Assembly (NCBI GenBank): GCA_947259585.1
Contig: CAMYMV010000002.1
Coordinates: 3,925-67,924, forward strand
Direction of reading: 5' to 3'
Source of the DNA: an uncultured Gemmatimonadales bacterium
Lineage (GTDB): Bacteria > Gemmatimonadota > Gemmatimonadetes > Palauibacterales > Palauibacteraceae
DNA length: 64,000 nucleotides
The notes beneath the pieces are model-generated. The model ran no database searches and was not told where the DNA came from. It saw only the letters and a program-made list of their open reading frames with translations. Positions 36,651 to 47,436 of the stretch are shown in pieces. The translations under genes and the position numbers were made by a program. Every line of letters starts with the position of its first letter. The stretch's first letter is position 1.

Positions 36651-39434
36651 ATGCGAACCGAGCGTGCGATATCCTTCATGCTTACAGCCGCGGCCCTCGC
36701 CATGCCGTTGCCCGTGACCGCGCAGGAGACTGGGACGGCGGCAGGTGTGGTCGACGACATAGAGATCCCGTTCGAGAAGTTCGTTCTCGACAACGGCCTC
36801 ACGGTGATCGTTCACGAGGACCACAAGGCCCCCATCGTGGCCGTGAACGTCTGGTACCACGTCGGCTCGAAGAACGAGAAGCGGGGCCGAACCGGCTTTG
36901 CCCATCTCTTCGAGCATCTGATGTTCAACGGGACGGAGAACCACAACGACGAGTACTTCGGGCCGTTCGAGCGGGCCGGCGCCACCGATATGAACGGGAC
37001 CACGAATCCCGACCGGACCAACTACTTCCAGAACGTGCCGACGCCGGCGCTGGACATGGCGCTGTGGATGGAGTCCGATCGCATGGGGCACCTGCTCGGT
37101 GCCGTCGATCAGTCCAAGCTGGACGAGCAGCGCGGCGTCGTACAGAACGAGAAACGGCAGGGCGAGAACCGGCCGTACGGTCCCGTGCGGCAGCTGATGA
37201 CAGAGGCCTCGTATCCGAGTGACCACCCCTATTCGTGGACGACGATCGGCCTGATGGAGGACCTGGATGCCGCGTCGCTGGAGGACGTCCACGAGTGGTT
37301 CAGGACCTACTACGGTCCGAACAACGCCGTCATCGTCCTGGCGGGCGACATAGACGCCGAGACCGCCCGGGAGAAGGCCGAGGAGTATTTCGGCTGGATC
37401 CCGGCAGGACCTCCCGTTCCCAAACATCAGGTCTGGTTGGCGAAGATGGAGGGGGAGAAGCGTCAGACCCTGCAGGACCGCGTGCCTCAGGCCCGCGTCT
37501 ACATGGTCTGGAACATTCCGGAGTGGGCCTCGGCGGACGCCACCTACCTCGATCTGGTGACGGACGTGCTGGCGAGGGGGAAGACGTCCCGGCTCTACAA
37601 GCGGCTGGTCTACGACGACCAGATCGCGACCGATGTCTCGGCGTTCGTCAGGCTTCGCGAGATCGGCGGCCAGCTGGCGATCCAGGCGTCGGCGCGCCCG
37701 GGCCAGGGTCTGGCCGAGGTGGAGGCTGCCGTGCGTGAGGAGGTCGCGCAGTTTCTCGAGGAAGGTCCTACGGAAGAGGAGATGGATCGGGTCAGGACCC
37801 AGTACCTGGCGGGCTTCATACGCGGCATTCAGCGCATCGGAGGCTTCGGCGGCAAGTCCGACGTGCTGGCCGCCAGCGAGGTCTACGGCGGAGCCCCTGA
37901 GTTCTACAAGACGCGTCTCGAGCGGGTGTCGGGCGCGACGACGGCCGATCTGCTGAAGGCGAGCCGGAAGTGGCTCGACGATGGCGTCTACGTCCTGGAG
38001 GTCACGCCATATCCGGAGTTCAAGGTGGCCGCGCAGGATGTCGATCGAAGCGGAGTCCCGGGTCCGGGGCCCGCCCCGAAGGTGGCGTTCCCGGCGATTC
38101 AACGCTCGACGCTGTCGAACGGCATGGAGGTCGTGTTGGCCGAGCGGCATGCGGTGCCGTTGGTGAGGGTGAGCCTCCTGGTCGATGCAGGATTCGCGGC
38201 CGATCAGTTCAGCCTTCCCGGCACGGCCGATCTGACGTTGGACATGATGGATGAGGGGACCGGGAGCATGTCCGCACTCGAGATCAGCGAGGCGCTGGCT
38301 TTGCTCGGTGCGCAGCTCTCCACGGGATCATCGCTCGACAACTCGAGCGTTTCCCTTTCCGCCTTGACCGACAACCTGGATGAGTCGCTCAAGATCTTCG
38401 CCGACGTGATCCTCGACCCGGCGTTCCCCACGGCGGACTTCGAGCGTCTTCAAAAGCTGCAGCTGGCGGCGATCCAGCGGGAGAAGATGCAGCCGTTCTC
38501 CATGGCGCTTCGAGTGCTGCCGGCCCTGATGTACGGTGAGGGGCACGCGTACTCGAACCCGATGACCGGCTCCGGCACCGAGGAGTCGGTGGCCCGGATC
38601 ACGCGCGACGAGCTCGTCGACTTCCACTCGACCTGGTTCCGGCCAAACAACGCTTCGCTCCTCGTCGTCGGCGACGTGACGATGGATGAGCTCGTGCCCC
38701 GCCTGGAGCGGCTCTTCGGCGGTTGGCCCCGCGCCGACGTGCCCGCGAAGAACATCGCCGACGTTTCCACCGCGGCCGCGCCGACGATCTACCTGATGGA
38801 CCGTCCAGATGCGGCGCAATCCGTGATCTTCGCGGGCCAGCTCATCGCGCCGAAGGATAATCCCGACGAGGTGGCCATCGAGACGATGAACCGCATCCTG
38901 GGGGGCACGTTCAGCTCGCGGATCAACATGAACCTGCGGGAGGACAAGGCCTGGTCGTATGGCGCACGCAGCGTGGTCTTCGACACGAAGGCCCAGCGCC
39001 CACAGATCATCTTCGCTCCCGTTCAGACCGATAAGACCGCCGAGTCGCTGCGGGAGATCCTGACCGAGCTGGAGGGGATTCGCGGGGTCCGGCCGATCGA
39101 GGTCGAGGAGCTGACCAGGGTCCAGGAATCCCGGACCCGGAGCATGGCGGGCCGCTGGGAGACCAACGGCGAGGTCCAGGGAGGCCTCGCGGAGATCGTG
39201 ACGTACGAACTGCCCGATGACTACTTCGACCGCTACGCGTCGCAACTTCGGGCGCTCGGGCTGGAGGAGCTGGCCGGGGTCGCCCGGGGGACGATCGATC
39301 CGGGCCGTTTCGTCTGGGTCGTCGTGGGTGACCGCGAGAAGATCGAGGCTCCCATCCGGGAGCTCGACCTCGGCACGATCCGTCTGATCGACGCGGACGG
39401 ACAGGTCATCGGTGAGGCGGCCGCCGCCAGGTAG
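36651..39434 (+). CDS. Secreted M16 family zinc peptidase (pitrilysin/insulinase-like), tandem M16 modules
   Basis: Signal peptide MRTERAISFMLTAAALAMPLPVTAQ. Inverted zinc motif HLFEHLMF (HxxEH) with a downstream Glu. Second inactive M16 repeat. 927 aa. The listed 183-aa N-terminal extension (36102..36650) is rejected as intergenic. Confidence 0.9.
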   Translation: MRTERAISFMLTAAALAMPLPVTAQETGTAAGVVDDIEIPFEKFVLDNGLTVIVHEDHKAPIVAVNVWYHVGSKNEKRGRTGFAHLFEHLMFNGTENHNDEYFGPFERAGATDMNGTTNPDRTNYFQNVPTPALDMALWMESDRMGHLLGAVDQSKLDEQRGVVQNEKRQGENRPYGPVRQLMTEASYPSDHPYSWTTIGLMEDLDAASLEDVHEWFRTYYGPNNAVIVLAGDIDAETAREKAEEYFGWIPAGPPVPKHQVWLAKMEGEKRQTLQDRVPQARVYMVWNIPEWASADATYLDLVTDVLARGKTSRLYKRLVYDDQIATDVSAFVRLREIGGQLAIQASARPGQGLAEVEAAVREEVAQFLEEGPTEEEMDRVRTQYLAGFIRGIQRIGGFGGKSDVLAASEVYGGAPEFYKTRLERVSGATTADLLKASRKWLDDGVYVLEVTPYPEFKVAAQDVDRSGVPGPGPAPKVAFPAIQRSTLSNGMEVVLAERHAVPLVRVSLLVDAGFAADQFSLPGTADLTLDMMDEGTGSMSALEISEALALLGAQLSTGSSLDNSSVSLSALTDNLDESLKIFADVILDPAFPTADFERLQKLQLAAIQREKMQPFSMALRVLPALMYGEGHAYSNPMTGSGTEESVARITRDELVDFHSTWFRPNNASLLVVGDVTMDELVPRLERLFGGWPRADVPAKNIADVSTAAAPTIYLMDRPDAAQSVIFAGQLIAPKDNPDEVAIETMNRILGGTFSSRINMNLREDKAWSYGARSVVFDTKAQRPQIIFAPVQTDKTAESLREILTELEGIRGVRPIEVEELTRVQESRTRSMAGRWETNGEVQGGLAEIVTYELPDDYFDRYASQLRALGLEELAGVARGTIDPGRFVWVVVGDREKIEAPIRELDLGTIRLIDADGQVIGEAAAAR

Positions 39435-39561
39435 CGACGTACCGAGCCCCAGCGCCCCTTGAATCGCGCCCCCTTCGCTCCGGAGGGGGCGCACTCGCAC
39501 CTTGGCCCGCCATCCTGCCGCACGCCATCTTTCCTGGTGGAAGGATCGGGGGTAGGCAGCG

Positions 39562-41391
39562 ATGTTCGTGCTCGGATCCAGAGTAGCTCTCCACCTATCG
39601 CTGGCGGCGATCGCCGCCACGCTGCCGTTCGCCGACTCCGGCGGAGCCGGCGCCGGCCGGCCTCTCGAACCCGGATTCGTGCCGGCGCTCACGGCCCCGC
39701 AGGCCCCGCACGCGCGCCCACAGGTCCCCGACACCCAGCTCGTAGACGGCCGAGTACTTCTCGAAGCGGCTCGAGACGCGCAGAGGGCGTTCGAACGCAC
39801 CCGCCGCCGGAACCTCCCGTTTTGGAACGGACCCACGCGACGCTGCGACGAGATCGTCGGCCGGTTCTGCCTCTGGCACGACAGAGATCCGTCCTGGAAT
39901 CCCGGCCCGGAGAGCCCGCGTGTGAAGGCGGCCCGGGACGAGTTGATCCAGCTCCTGGAGCGCTATGCGCGTGCAGCGCCCGGGGAGGGGTGGATCGTCG
40001 GCCAATGGATTCGCTACCTCGTGGAGGCGGGGCGTCCCGAGGAAGCGCGGGCGGCCGCCGACACCTGCGAGGCAGAGCGTTGGTGGTGCCTCGCTCTCGC
40101 GGCCTACGCGCGGCACGCCGCGGCCGATTTTTTAGGCGCCGACGAGGCCTACGAGACGGCTCTGCGGACCATGCCCTCCGAGGAGAGTTGTCGCTGGAGA
40201 GATCTCTCGCACATCCTCGACGGCAAGGCCCTGGACGACTACGAGGATCTGGACTGCGTGGAGCGGGAGGCGTTCGAGACGCGTGCCTGGTGGCTGGCCG
40301 ATCCCCTGCTCATGGTGCCCGGGAACGAGCGACGCACGGAACACTTCTCCCGGAACGTCCTGAACCGCCTGCAGCTCGGTGCTGATTCTCCCTACGGCGT
40401 TTACTGGGGGCCCGATCTGGAGGAGCTGCTGGTCCGCTACGGCTGGCCCGTGCGCTGGTCACGGCGTCGCGAGCCGGTGTACTCGCCGGGCCGGCAACGA
40501 CCGGCTATCAGCGGTCACGACCCCGACAGGAGCTTCCGCTTCTTTCCGCCCTCCGAGCTGATCTCGGAGTTCACCACGCTCGAGGCGGCCTGGGAGCTCG
40601 AGCCTCGGCGTCCGCGGGAGGAGTACCAGCCACCGTACGCCGTCGCTTTCGACGGGCGCGAGCAAGGCTTCGACCATCAGCTCGCCGTCTTCCGGCGCGG
40701 AGGCTCGGTGCTGCTGGTCGGCGCGTACGAGTGGGCCAGCGACTCCCTGCCGCCCGATACGCCGCTCCGTGTCAGCCTGGTCTACAGCGCCGAGCGAGGC
40801 CGGCCGGAGGTAGCGGTCTCCGAAGGCGCTCCGCGCCGCGGGGTGCTTACGACGCGGACGCGCGCCGCGCCCGGCGTCCTGGGCATCGAGGCGCTCGCCG
40901 ACTCCGCCGGACGTGCGGCCCGGGCGCGGGTAGGCAGACGGCTCTCGGCCGCCACGGATGGGCCCTCACTTTCCGACATCATCCTGCTCGAGCCCGGTGT
41001 AGGCGAGCCGACGCCCGGTACGCTGGAGGAGGCCCTCCTCTTCGTGCGCCCCTCTACGACGGTGCGGCGCGGCGAGCGCATCGGGCTGCTGTGGGAGTTG
41101 TACGGCGTTGCCGAGCGCACGCCGCTGGAAGTGGAGGTTTCGCTGACCAGGCCCGGCAAGGGCTTCTTCCGCAGGGCGGCGGAATGGCTCGGCTTGGCGA
41201 AGCAGGACGACTCCACCGTGAGCCTCGAGTGGCGCGAGCAGATGGGCCGAGGCGCCGGACCGGCGTCGCGCTACCTGGAGCTCCAGATCCCCGATCTTGC
41301 AGAAGGTCGCTACGTTCTGAGTGCGTCGGTTCAGCTTGCCGGGGGGACCGAACTGACGTCCGCGCGCGTCCTGACGGTTCGGGAACGCTAG
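39562..41391 (+). CDS. Hypothetical secreted protein, possibly GWxTD-like (Cys-containing N-terminal region)
   Basis: Signal peptide. Conserved-looking YGWPVRW segment. No catalytic motif. Family assignment is a guess. Confidence 0.45.
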   Translation: MFVLGSRVALHLSLAAIAATLPFADSGGAGAGRPLEPGFVPALTAPQAPHARPQVPDTQLVDGRVLLEAARDAQRAFERTRRRNLPFWNGPTRRCDEIVGRFCLWHDRDPSWNPGPESPRVKAARDELIQLLERYARAAPGEGWIVGQWIRYLVEAGRPEEARAAADTCEAERWWCLALAAYARHAAADFLGADEAYETALRTMPSEESCRWRDLSHILDGKALDDYEDLDCVEREAFETRAWWLADPLLMVPGNERRTEHFSRNVLNRLQLGADSPYGVYWGPDLEELLVRYGWPVRWSRRREPVYSPGRQRPAISGHDPDRSFRFFPPSELISEFTTLEAAWELEPRRPREEYQPPYAVAFDGREQGFDHQLAVFRRGGSVLLVGAYEWASDSLPPDTPLRVSLVYSAERGRPEVAVSEGAPRRGVLTTRTRAAPGVLGIEALADSAGRAARARVGRRLSAATDGPSLSDIILLEPGVGEPTPGTLEEALLFVRPSTTVRRGERIGLLWELYGVAERTPLEVEVSLTRPGKGFFRRAAEWLGLAKQDDSTVSLEWREQMGRGAGPASRYLELQIPDLAEGRYVLSASVQLAGGTELTSARVLTVRER

Positions 41392-41558
41392 TCACGCGCC
41401 CAGCCGCGGGGGAGACCCACCGCCGGGACTCCGCGATCGCGGCCGCGGGCGTGTGCAAGCCCGGACCGCAAGAACGTCCTCATGGTCGGAAGGCCGCGAG
41501 GCAGCCCGGTTCGCCAGACCGGGGACGAATCAATCGAGAAGCTCACGGCCGAGGTGGC

Positions 41559-42068
41559 ATGCCGACGGACTGGGCGGCTTTGTACGAATCGATGTACGGT
41601 GATCTGGTGCGCTTCCTCTACCGAAAGGTGTGGGACGCGCAGCGAGCGGAGGATCTCGCCCAGGAGACGTTCGTGAGAGCTCTCCGGCACGATCCCGACA
41701 AGCCGCGTGCCTGGGTTTTCACGGTGGCATCCAACCTCGCGCGCGACGAGGCGCGAACGGCAATGAGACAACGCCGACACCTGACCCTGATACGGGCGGA
41801 GATGGAGGACGACCCTCCCGCCTCGCCGGCGCCCTCGGAGAGCGTTGAGCGGGAGGAGCGTTCGGCGGCCGTACGGCGGGCGCTGGACGCGCTCAGCGAG
41901 CGTGACCGGGAGGCTCTCCTGCTCTGGGACGGCGGGCTCAGCTACGCGGAGATCGCGGAGCAGACCGGTCTCTCGGCGGGAGCCGTCGGCACGACCCTCT
42001 CCCGGGCCCGCAACCGCCTGGTGACGGCTTACAAGGAGCATGAGCAGCGAAATGTCGCATCTGACTGA
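41559..42068 (+). CDS. ECF-type RNA polymerase sigma factor
   Basis: Region 2 (DLVRFLYRKV...AEDLAQETFVRAL) and region 4 HTH (LSYAEIAEQTGLSAGAVGTTLSRARNRL). Upstream part of the listed 445-aa ORF is rejected. Confidence 0.85.
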   Translation: MPTDWAALYESMYGDLVRFLYRKVWDAQRAEDLAQETFVRALRHDPDKPRAWVFTVASNLARDEARTAMRQRRHLTLIRAEMEDDPPASPAPSESVEREERSAAVRRALDALSERDREALLLWDGGLSYAEIAEQTGLSAGAVGTTLSRARNRLVTAYKEHEQRNVASD

Positions 42069-43431
42069 CGGGCAGCTACACGCCTACCTAGATGGGAGCG
42101 TCGAGGCGTTGGACGGCGCCACGCTCGTCGAGGCACACTCGCACATCGCCGCATGCGACGATTGCAGCGCTCGACTCGAGGCAGCGCGTCTGGTGCGGGA
42201 TGAGGCGGTGTCTCTGTTGGGCACGGCGGCGCCGTCCTCGTTCTCCCCGCCGGCGTTTGAAGAGCTGGAGCGTCGTGCCGCTCTCGTAGATCCCGTTGAT
42301 GACTCCGCCGCCGGACCGCCGAGGGGAAGGAGTCTGCCGAGCGGTAGGAACGCCGCCAGCGGTCGCCTTTTTCGGCGGTCGGGATCGCTGGCATGGGCCG
42401 CTTCGCTCACGGTCGCGCTCACGGCCGGCTGGCTGGCCCGCGGCACGGTCGGCACGGGGTTGACGGAGCGGCCCGCCGTAACGGCTCCGTCGGAGACCGT
42501 CGCGTTGCAGGACAAGCAGGAGGCTTCCGCTCTGGACCAATCCGTCGGTCGGGAGGCTGCGGAGTCGCTCGAAGGGTCCGTTACCGGCGAGGGAGGTTAC
42601 GATGAGGCGACGCGGCGGAGCCTCGCGCGCCAGGCGACCGAGCGGTCGGCCGAGTCCGCGTCCGAGCCGAAGGAGGACCGAAACGCTCAGGCTGCGGCTC
42701 CGCCCGAGTTCTTCGCCCGAGAGGGGGCCGAGACCGAGGCGGACGCGGATCGCCGGCGAGGCGACAGGTTGGCGATGGACGAGGTAGCCACGGAGACCGC
42801 CGGCGACGAAGCGGCACCGGCCGATGACAGGCCAGCACCCGTCGCGGAGGAGGTCGAGGCGAGGCGCCTCGAGGCAGGGAACCGGGAGCAGGTGGCGCAA
42901 CCCGAGCCGCAGCGGGCGAAGGAACCCGTTCTGGAACGGGCGGCGGCGAAGATGGCCCAGCCGGACGTCGCCGGCCGGCCGCCCGGGGGCCTCGGCGCCG
43001 TCGATGGTCCGGCAGACTGGCAGCCCGTGCACCGCGAGCAGGCCGAGGCGCTTCTCGGAGGAGCCCTCAAGACGGTCGAGGGGCTCCGCGTCCTCTCGGT
43101 GTACGCGCGGGCCGCCGGTGCGGCGCCTGAGGTGTGGACGGCTCAACAGCTCGACTCGGGCCACCAGCTCAACCTGCGGCAGACGCCAATCGGCGACGGT
43201 CGGTTCGGCGATCTCGAGGAGAGCGGAGCCGAGAACGAGCGGGCCGAACAGGCGGCCGAACCAGCCGATCCGGCGGCCGAACCGGTCTCGGAGATGGAGG
43301 CGAGGACCCCGCTGCAGCAGGCCTATTACGAGACGCTCGAGTCTCTGCTCGTCGACGGCTTCCTGATCGAGGCGACGGCTCCCCTCTCTCGGGACTCTCT
43401 GCGCTCCCTGCTCTCCCGGCTCAGGGACTGA
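42040..43431 (+). CDS. Putative zinc-finger (zf-HC2) anti-sigma factor, single TM, long Ala/Glu/Pro-rich extracytoplasmic tail
   Basis: HSHIAACDDCSARL (HxxxCxxC) within the first 50 aa. TM helix SLAWAASLTVALTAGWLA. Overlaps the sigma gene's 3' end. Confidence 0.7.
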   Translation: MSSEMSHLTDGQLHAYLDGSVEALDGATLVEAHSHIAACDDCSARLEAARLVRDEAVSLLGTAAPSSFSPPAFEELERRAALVDPVDDSAAGPPRGRSLPSGRNAASGRLFRRSGSLAWAASLTVALTAGWLARGTVGTGLTERPAVTAPSETVALQDKQEASALDQSVGREAAESLEGSVTGEGGYDEATRRSLARQATERSAESASEPKEDRNAQAAAPPEFFAREGAETEADADRRRGDRLAMDEVATETAGDEAAPADDRPAPVAEEVEARRLEAGNREQVAQPEPQRAKEPVLERAAAKMAQPDVAGRPPGGLGAVDGPADWQPVHREQAEALLGGALKTVEGLRVLSVYARAAGAAPEVWTAQQLDSGHQLNLRQTPIGDGRFGDLEESGAENERAEQAAEPADPAAEPVSEMEARTPLQQAYYETLESLLVDGFLIEATAPLSRDSLRSLLSRLRD

Positions 43432-43612
43432 GGATGCCTGGCGGGAACCACCGTCGCCTCCCACCGGTTCAGGTCTGGCGGTTCGCCCCGAAACCGGCGT
43501 AGGGTGAAGTCGAGGTCGGCCTGGACGGCCACGACCAGTCGGTTCGGCCGTGCTCGGCCGAAGGAGCCGGGGCTACGCACCGCTATCCCCGTATGGTCAC
43601 AAGGAGGCCCAA

Positions 43613-44473
43613 TTGAGCGACGATCGAATCGCGTCCTACGCGAATCCCGAGAAGCTCGTGACGACGGCCTGGGTGGCTGAGAACCTCGGTCGGGAGGATG
43701 TGCGCATCGTCGAGTCCGACGAAGACGTGCTGCTCTACGACATGGGTCACATCCCCGGAGCCGTGAAGATCGATTGGCACACGGACCTGCAGCACCCGCT
43801 TCGACGTGACTACCTGAAAGCGGACCCCTTCGCGGCCCTGATGAGCCAGAAGGGAATCTCGCGTGACACGACCGTCGTCTTCTACGGAGACAAGAACAAC
43901 TGGTGGGCCTGCTATGCCCTCTGGGTGTTCGAGCTCTTCGGGCACCCGGGCTGCCGGGTCATGGATGGGGGCCGGGCCAAGTGGGAGGCGGAGGGCCGCG
44001 AGATGTCCACGGAGGTGCCCGATTATCCCGCTGGAGACTACCCGGTGCCCGATCGGAGCGATGCGCTGATCCGTGCCTTCCGCGACGATGTCGTGGATCA
44101 CATAGGTGGCGAGAAGCCTCTGATCGACGTGCGCTCTCCCGAGGAGTACCGGGGAGAGCGGCTGCACATGCCCGATTACCCGAACGAGGGCGCGCTGCGT
44201 GGGGGGCACATTCCCGGCGCCGCCAACGTCCCCTGGGGGCGTGCCGTGCAGGAGAACGGGACTTTCAAGCCTCTCGAAGAGCTGCGGGCCCTCTACGAAG
44301 GGGAAGCCGGGCTATCGCCGGACGACGAGGTGGTCGCCTACTGCCGGATCGGGGAGCGCTCCAGCCACACGTGGTTCGTGCTCCACTACCTGCTCGGCTA
44401 CCCGAACGTGCGCAACTACGACGGCTCCTGGACGGAATGGGGCAATCTGGTGCAGGCGCCGATCGAGAAGTGA
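43613..44473 (+). CDS. Thiosulfate sulfurtransferase (tandem rhodanese, CysA/SseA-like)
   Basis: Collinear with mycobacterial CysA/SseB, including the active-site [17 protein letters not shown] start 6 nt after an AAGGAGG RBS; the listed ATG is 63 nt upstream. Confidence 0.9.
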   Translation: MSDDRIASYANPEKLVTTAWVAENLGREDVRIVESDEDVLLYDMGHIPGAVKIDWHTDLQHPLRRDYLKADPFAALMSQKGISRDTTVVFYGDKNNWWACYALWVFELFGHPGCRVMDGGRAKWEAEGREMSTEVPDYPAGDYPVPDRSDALIRAFRDDVVDHIGGEKPLIDVRSPEEYRGERLHMPDYPNEGALRGGHIPGAANVPWGRAVQENGTFKPLEELRALYEGEAGLSPDDEVVAYCRIGERSSHTWFVLHYLLGYPNVRNYDGSWTEWGNLVQAPIEK

Positions 44474-45324
44474 CCGCTCTTCTCGGCGCTGCCCGTCGCC
44501 TGTTGCCGCGGCGCGGCCAGCGGCTCGCCTGGCTCCTCGCGCTCTGGAGCGCCGTGCTGGCCGGCGGCGGCTGCGGCCGGCTCGACTCGGGTGGCAGCGG
44601 GACGGGAGATGGGGACGGATCGGAGAGAACTCCCGAGGAGATCCTGGCCGATTCGCTGATCGCCAGCTGGACCGGGACGGCAGGTGGAGTGAAATCGTGG
44701 GACGCCGTGCGGTCGGCCCGCTACACGATCAACACCGTGCTGTACGACTCGCTCGAGGCGGTACGCTGGATGCGACCACGGCGGGTGGCGATGCGGAAGA
44801 CGAGCCGCGCGGAGGAGGCGAGGATCGAACGACCCGAGGCGGAAGGCCTCTACGTTCAGGTCTTCACGGGCGACACCGCCTGGGCCACGCTCAACGGACG
44901 GCCCCTCCCCCTCGAGGATCCGGCGGCGGCCGAGGCGGAGTACGTGGCCCGCGACGTCGTCTACTGGTTCGGTCTGCCCTACAAGCTCTGGGACCCCGGA
45001 GTCAACCGCCGGGCGCGGAGGACCGACGACGGATACGAGGTTGCCGTCACCTTCGGATCCGAGGTCGGCGCGCACCCCGGCGACCGCTACTTCTACTACT
45101 TCAACGACGACGACCCCTTTCCGGAGGAAGTGCACTACATCGAGGAGGGGAAGGAGAACCGGAGCCGTACCGTATGGGCCGACTTCCGGGTGGCCGATCC
45201 CCTCACGTACGTAGGCACGCGCAAGTGGTACGTCGATGGGAAGCTGACCAAGGAGCTGCGGATCGGCGATGTGGGGATCAACCCGGAGCTGGCCGACTCG
45301 CTGTTCACCTCACCGGGACCCTGA
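44470..45324 (+). CDS. Hypothetical lipoprotein
   Basis: GTG start overlapping the sulfurtransferase stop (GTGA). Lipobox LAGGGC. The listed 473-aa ORF upstream portion is an out-of-frame overlap. Confidence 0.5.
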   Translation: MTALLGAARRLLPRRGQRLAWLLALWSAVLAGGGCGRLDSGGSGTGDGDGSERTPEEILADSLIASWTGTAGGVKSWDAVRSARYTINTVLYDSLEAVRWMRPRRVAMRKTSRAEEARIERPEAEGLYVQVFTGDTAWATLNGRPLPLEDPAAAEAEYVARDVVYWFGLPYKLWDPGVNRRARRTDDGYEVAVTFGSEVGAHPGDRYFYYFNDDDPFPEEVHYIEEGKENRSRTVWADFRVADPLTYVGTRKWYVDGKLTKELRIGDVGINPELADSLFTSPGP

Positions 45325-45334
45325 CGGGGCTGGC

Positions 45335-45880
45335 GTGAGCGCGAAACACACGGAGTTCGAGGCCGAGGCGCTCGTCCACATGGACGTGCTGTACGGGCTG
45401 GCGTTGCGCTTCACCGGCGGCGACGACGCGACGGCCCAGGACCTGGTGCAGGACACGCTGCTCAAGGCCTATCGGGCCTGGGACAGATTCGAGCCCGGCA
45501 CGAACTGTCGCGCCTGGCTCACCACGATTCTCCGCAACACCTTCATCAACGACCTGCGCCGGCGGCAGGCCCGGCCCGCGCCGGTGGAATACGACGAGGT
45601 GGCCGAGCGGTCCGTGTATCCCCAGCTGCACGAGGAGGATGCGGAGGGCGGTTTCTTCGATCGAATAGTGGATCAGGAGGTGATCCGCGCGATCGAGGAG
45701 CTTCCGGAGGACTTCCGCGTGCCGCTTGTGCTGGCAGACCTCGAGGGGATCGGCTACCAGGAGATCTCCGAGCTGCTCGAGATCCCGGTCGGCACGGTCA
45801 AGTCACGCCTCTTCAGGGCAAGGCGAAGGCTGCAGCAGAGGCTGTACCGATACGCCGTCGAGATGGGCTACATCCGATGA
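45335..45880 (+). CDS. ECF-type RNA polymerase sigma factor (RpoE/SigR-like)
   Basis: Region 2 (AQDLVQDTLLKAYRAW) and region 4 (IGYQEISELLEIPVGTVKSRLFRARRRL). Confidence 0.85.
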   Translation: MSAKHTEFEAEALVHMDVLYGLALRFTGGDDATAQDLVQDTLLKAYRAWDRFEPGTNCRAWLTTILRNTFINDLRRRQARPAPVEYDEVAERSVYPQLHEEDAEGGFFDRIVDQEVIRAIEELPEDFRVPLVLADLEGIGYQEISELLEIPVGTVKSRLFRARRRLQQRLYRYAVEMGYIR

Positions 45881-45935
45881 AGCCGGACCTGGCGGGTTAT
45901 GCGCCCGCAAGACTCGAAGTGACGGGAGCCAGGCG

Positions 45936-46241
45936 ATGACGCACGATGAGCAGCCCCCCGGAGATGTGGCGAGCCCGGAACGGGGGGGCACCGCGGATGA
46001 GCTGAGCTGTGAGGAGGCGGCGCGCAACGTCTTCGAGTACCTGGACGGAGAGCTGCCGCCGGACTACAGCGAGAAAGTGCATCGCCACGTGGAGATGTGC
46101 CGTCGGTGCTACCCGTACTTCAACTTCGAGCGGGCGTTTCTCGACTACGTTCACGACCGTGGGATGAGGCCGGCGCGGTCGGCGGAGCTCGAGGAGAGAT
46201 TGAACCGACTACTCAAGGAAGTCGAGGACCGAGAGCCGTAA
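45936..46241 (+). CDS. Small zinc-binding anti-sigma factor (ZAS, RsrA-like)
   Basis: 101 aa. CEEAARNVFEYLDGEL...HRHVEMCRRC (HxxxCxxC plus an upstream Cys), immediately downstream of the ECF sigma. Confidence 0.7.
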   Translation: MTHDEQPPGDVASPERGGTADELSCEEAARNVFEYLDGELPPDYSEKVHRHVEMCRRCYPYFNFERAFLDYVHDRGMRPARSAELEERLNRLLKEVEDREP

Positions 46242-46336
46242 TTGCCGGTCGGTTTTTGCCTCCCTAATATACCGCGCCGCTTCCGGGGCTCACGACCCCA
46301 CACTCGCGGCCACCCCAAAGGAAACACGGAGAACGC

Positions 46337-47407
46337 ATGAGTTCCAGCGCGCGCGAGCGCCTAGGCCGTCTCCTTGAGGCACGAGGGCCATCCGGCTTCG
46401 AGACGGAGGCGGCGTCGGTTTGGCGCACGCTGGCCGATGAGTTTGCCGATCGGACCTGGAGCGACCTCTACGGAAGCAGCTTCGCCCAGGTAGGCGATGG
46501 GGGTCGTCCCAGGGTGATGCTGGCCGGTCACATCGATGAGATCGGCCTGATGGTCCACCACATCGACGATCAGGGCTTTCTGTACGTGAAGGAGGTCGGG
46601 GGCTGGGATCCCCAGGTGCTGGTGGGCCAGCGAGTAGAGATCCTTGCCGCTGGCGGGGCCGTCCCCGGGGTGATCGGCCGTCGAGCCGTACATCTCATCG
46701 AGCGCTCGGACCGGGAGAAGGCCGTGAAGCTGAAGGATCTGTGGATCGATATCGGCATGACGAGCGGCGACGAGGCGAGGAAACGGGTGGCCGTGGGAGA
46801 CGTTGCGGTAATCCGCTCCGATACGCTCGAGCTCGGTACCGACCTCGTGGCGGCACGTTCCGTCGACGACCGGATCGGCGCGGTCGTCGCGCTGGAGGCA
46901 CTGCGTCTCGTCGCCGAAGGCGAGGCCGCCGCCGAAGTAGTCGCCGTGGCCACGACGCAGGAAGAGGTCGGATACGCTTCGGGGGGTGGCGCGCGAACCA
47001 GCAGCTTCGAGTTGGCTCCAGACGTGGCGATCGTGATCGATGTCACCCACGCGACCGACCACCCGACTCTGGACGCCAAGGAGCACGGAGAGATCAAGCT
47101 CGGCGAAGGCCCGGTCCTCTCGCGCGGCGCCGTGGTGAACCAGGTCGTGTTCCGCCGTCTCGTCGAGGCCGCCGAGCGCGAGAAGATCCCGCACCAGGTT
47201 CAGGCGTCCCCGGCCGGGAGCGGAACCGATGCGGACGCGATCTTCACGTCGAGATCGGGGGTGGCGACGGGGATCGTATCGATCCCGAACCGGTACATGC
47301 ATTCGCCGAACCAGATCGTGTCGATGGAAGATGTCGAGCAGGCGGCCGCGCTGATCGCGAGCTTCATTGGCGCGCTCGAGACCGACACGAGCTTCGTTCC
47401 GATCTGA
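46337..47407 (+). CDS. M42 family metallo-aminopeptidase (FrvX/YsdC/glutamyl aminopeptidase-like)
   Basis: LLEARGPSGFE...VMLAGHIDEIGLMVHHIDDQGFL and a second metal-binding region. Confidence 0.85.
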   Translation: MSSSARERLGRLLEARGPSGFETEAASVWRTLADEFADRTWSDLYGSSFAQVGDGGRPRVMLAGHIDEIGLMVHHIDDQGFLYVKEVGGWDPQVLVGQRVEILAAGGAVPGVIGRRAVHLIERSDREKAVKLKDLWIDIGMTSGDEARKRVAVGDVAVIRSDTLELGTDLVAARSVDDRIGAVVALEALRLVAEGEAAAEVVAVATTQEEVGYASGGGARTSSFELAPDVAIVIDVTHATDHPTLDAKEHGEIKLGEGPVLSRGAVVNQVVFRRLVEAAEREKIPHQVQASPAGSGTDADAIFTSRSGVATGIVSIPNRYMHSPNQIVSMEDVEQAAALIASFIGALETDTSFVPI

Positions 47408-47436
47408 CCCGTTCGCGCCGGGGGCGCCGACCACGT

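Noticed and set aside
40731-41558. Upstream 276 aa of the ORF containing the ECF sigma
   Set aside because: Overlaps the 39562..41391 gene out of frame. Arg/Gly-rich.
43903-44469. Upstream part of the 473-aa ORF overlapping the sulfurtransferase gene
   Set aside because: Out-of-frame overlap. The real lipoprotein starts at the GTG at 44470.
46741-47436. Upstream 232 aa of the ORF containing dtxR
   Set aside because: Out-of-frame overlap with the M42 peptidase. Arg-rich.
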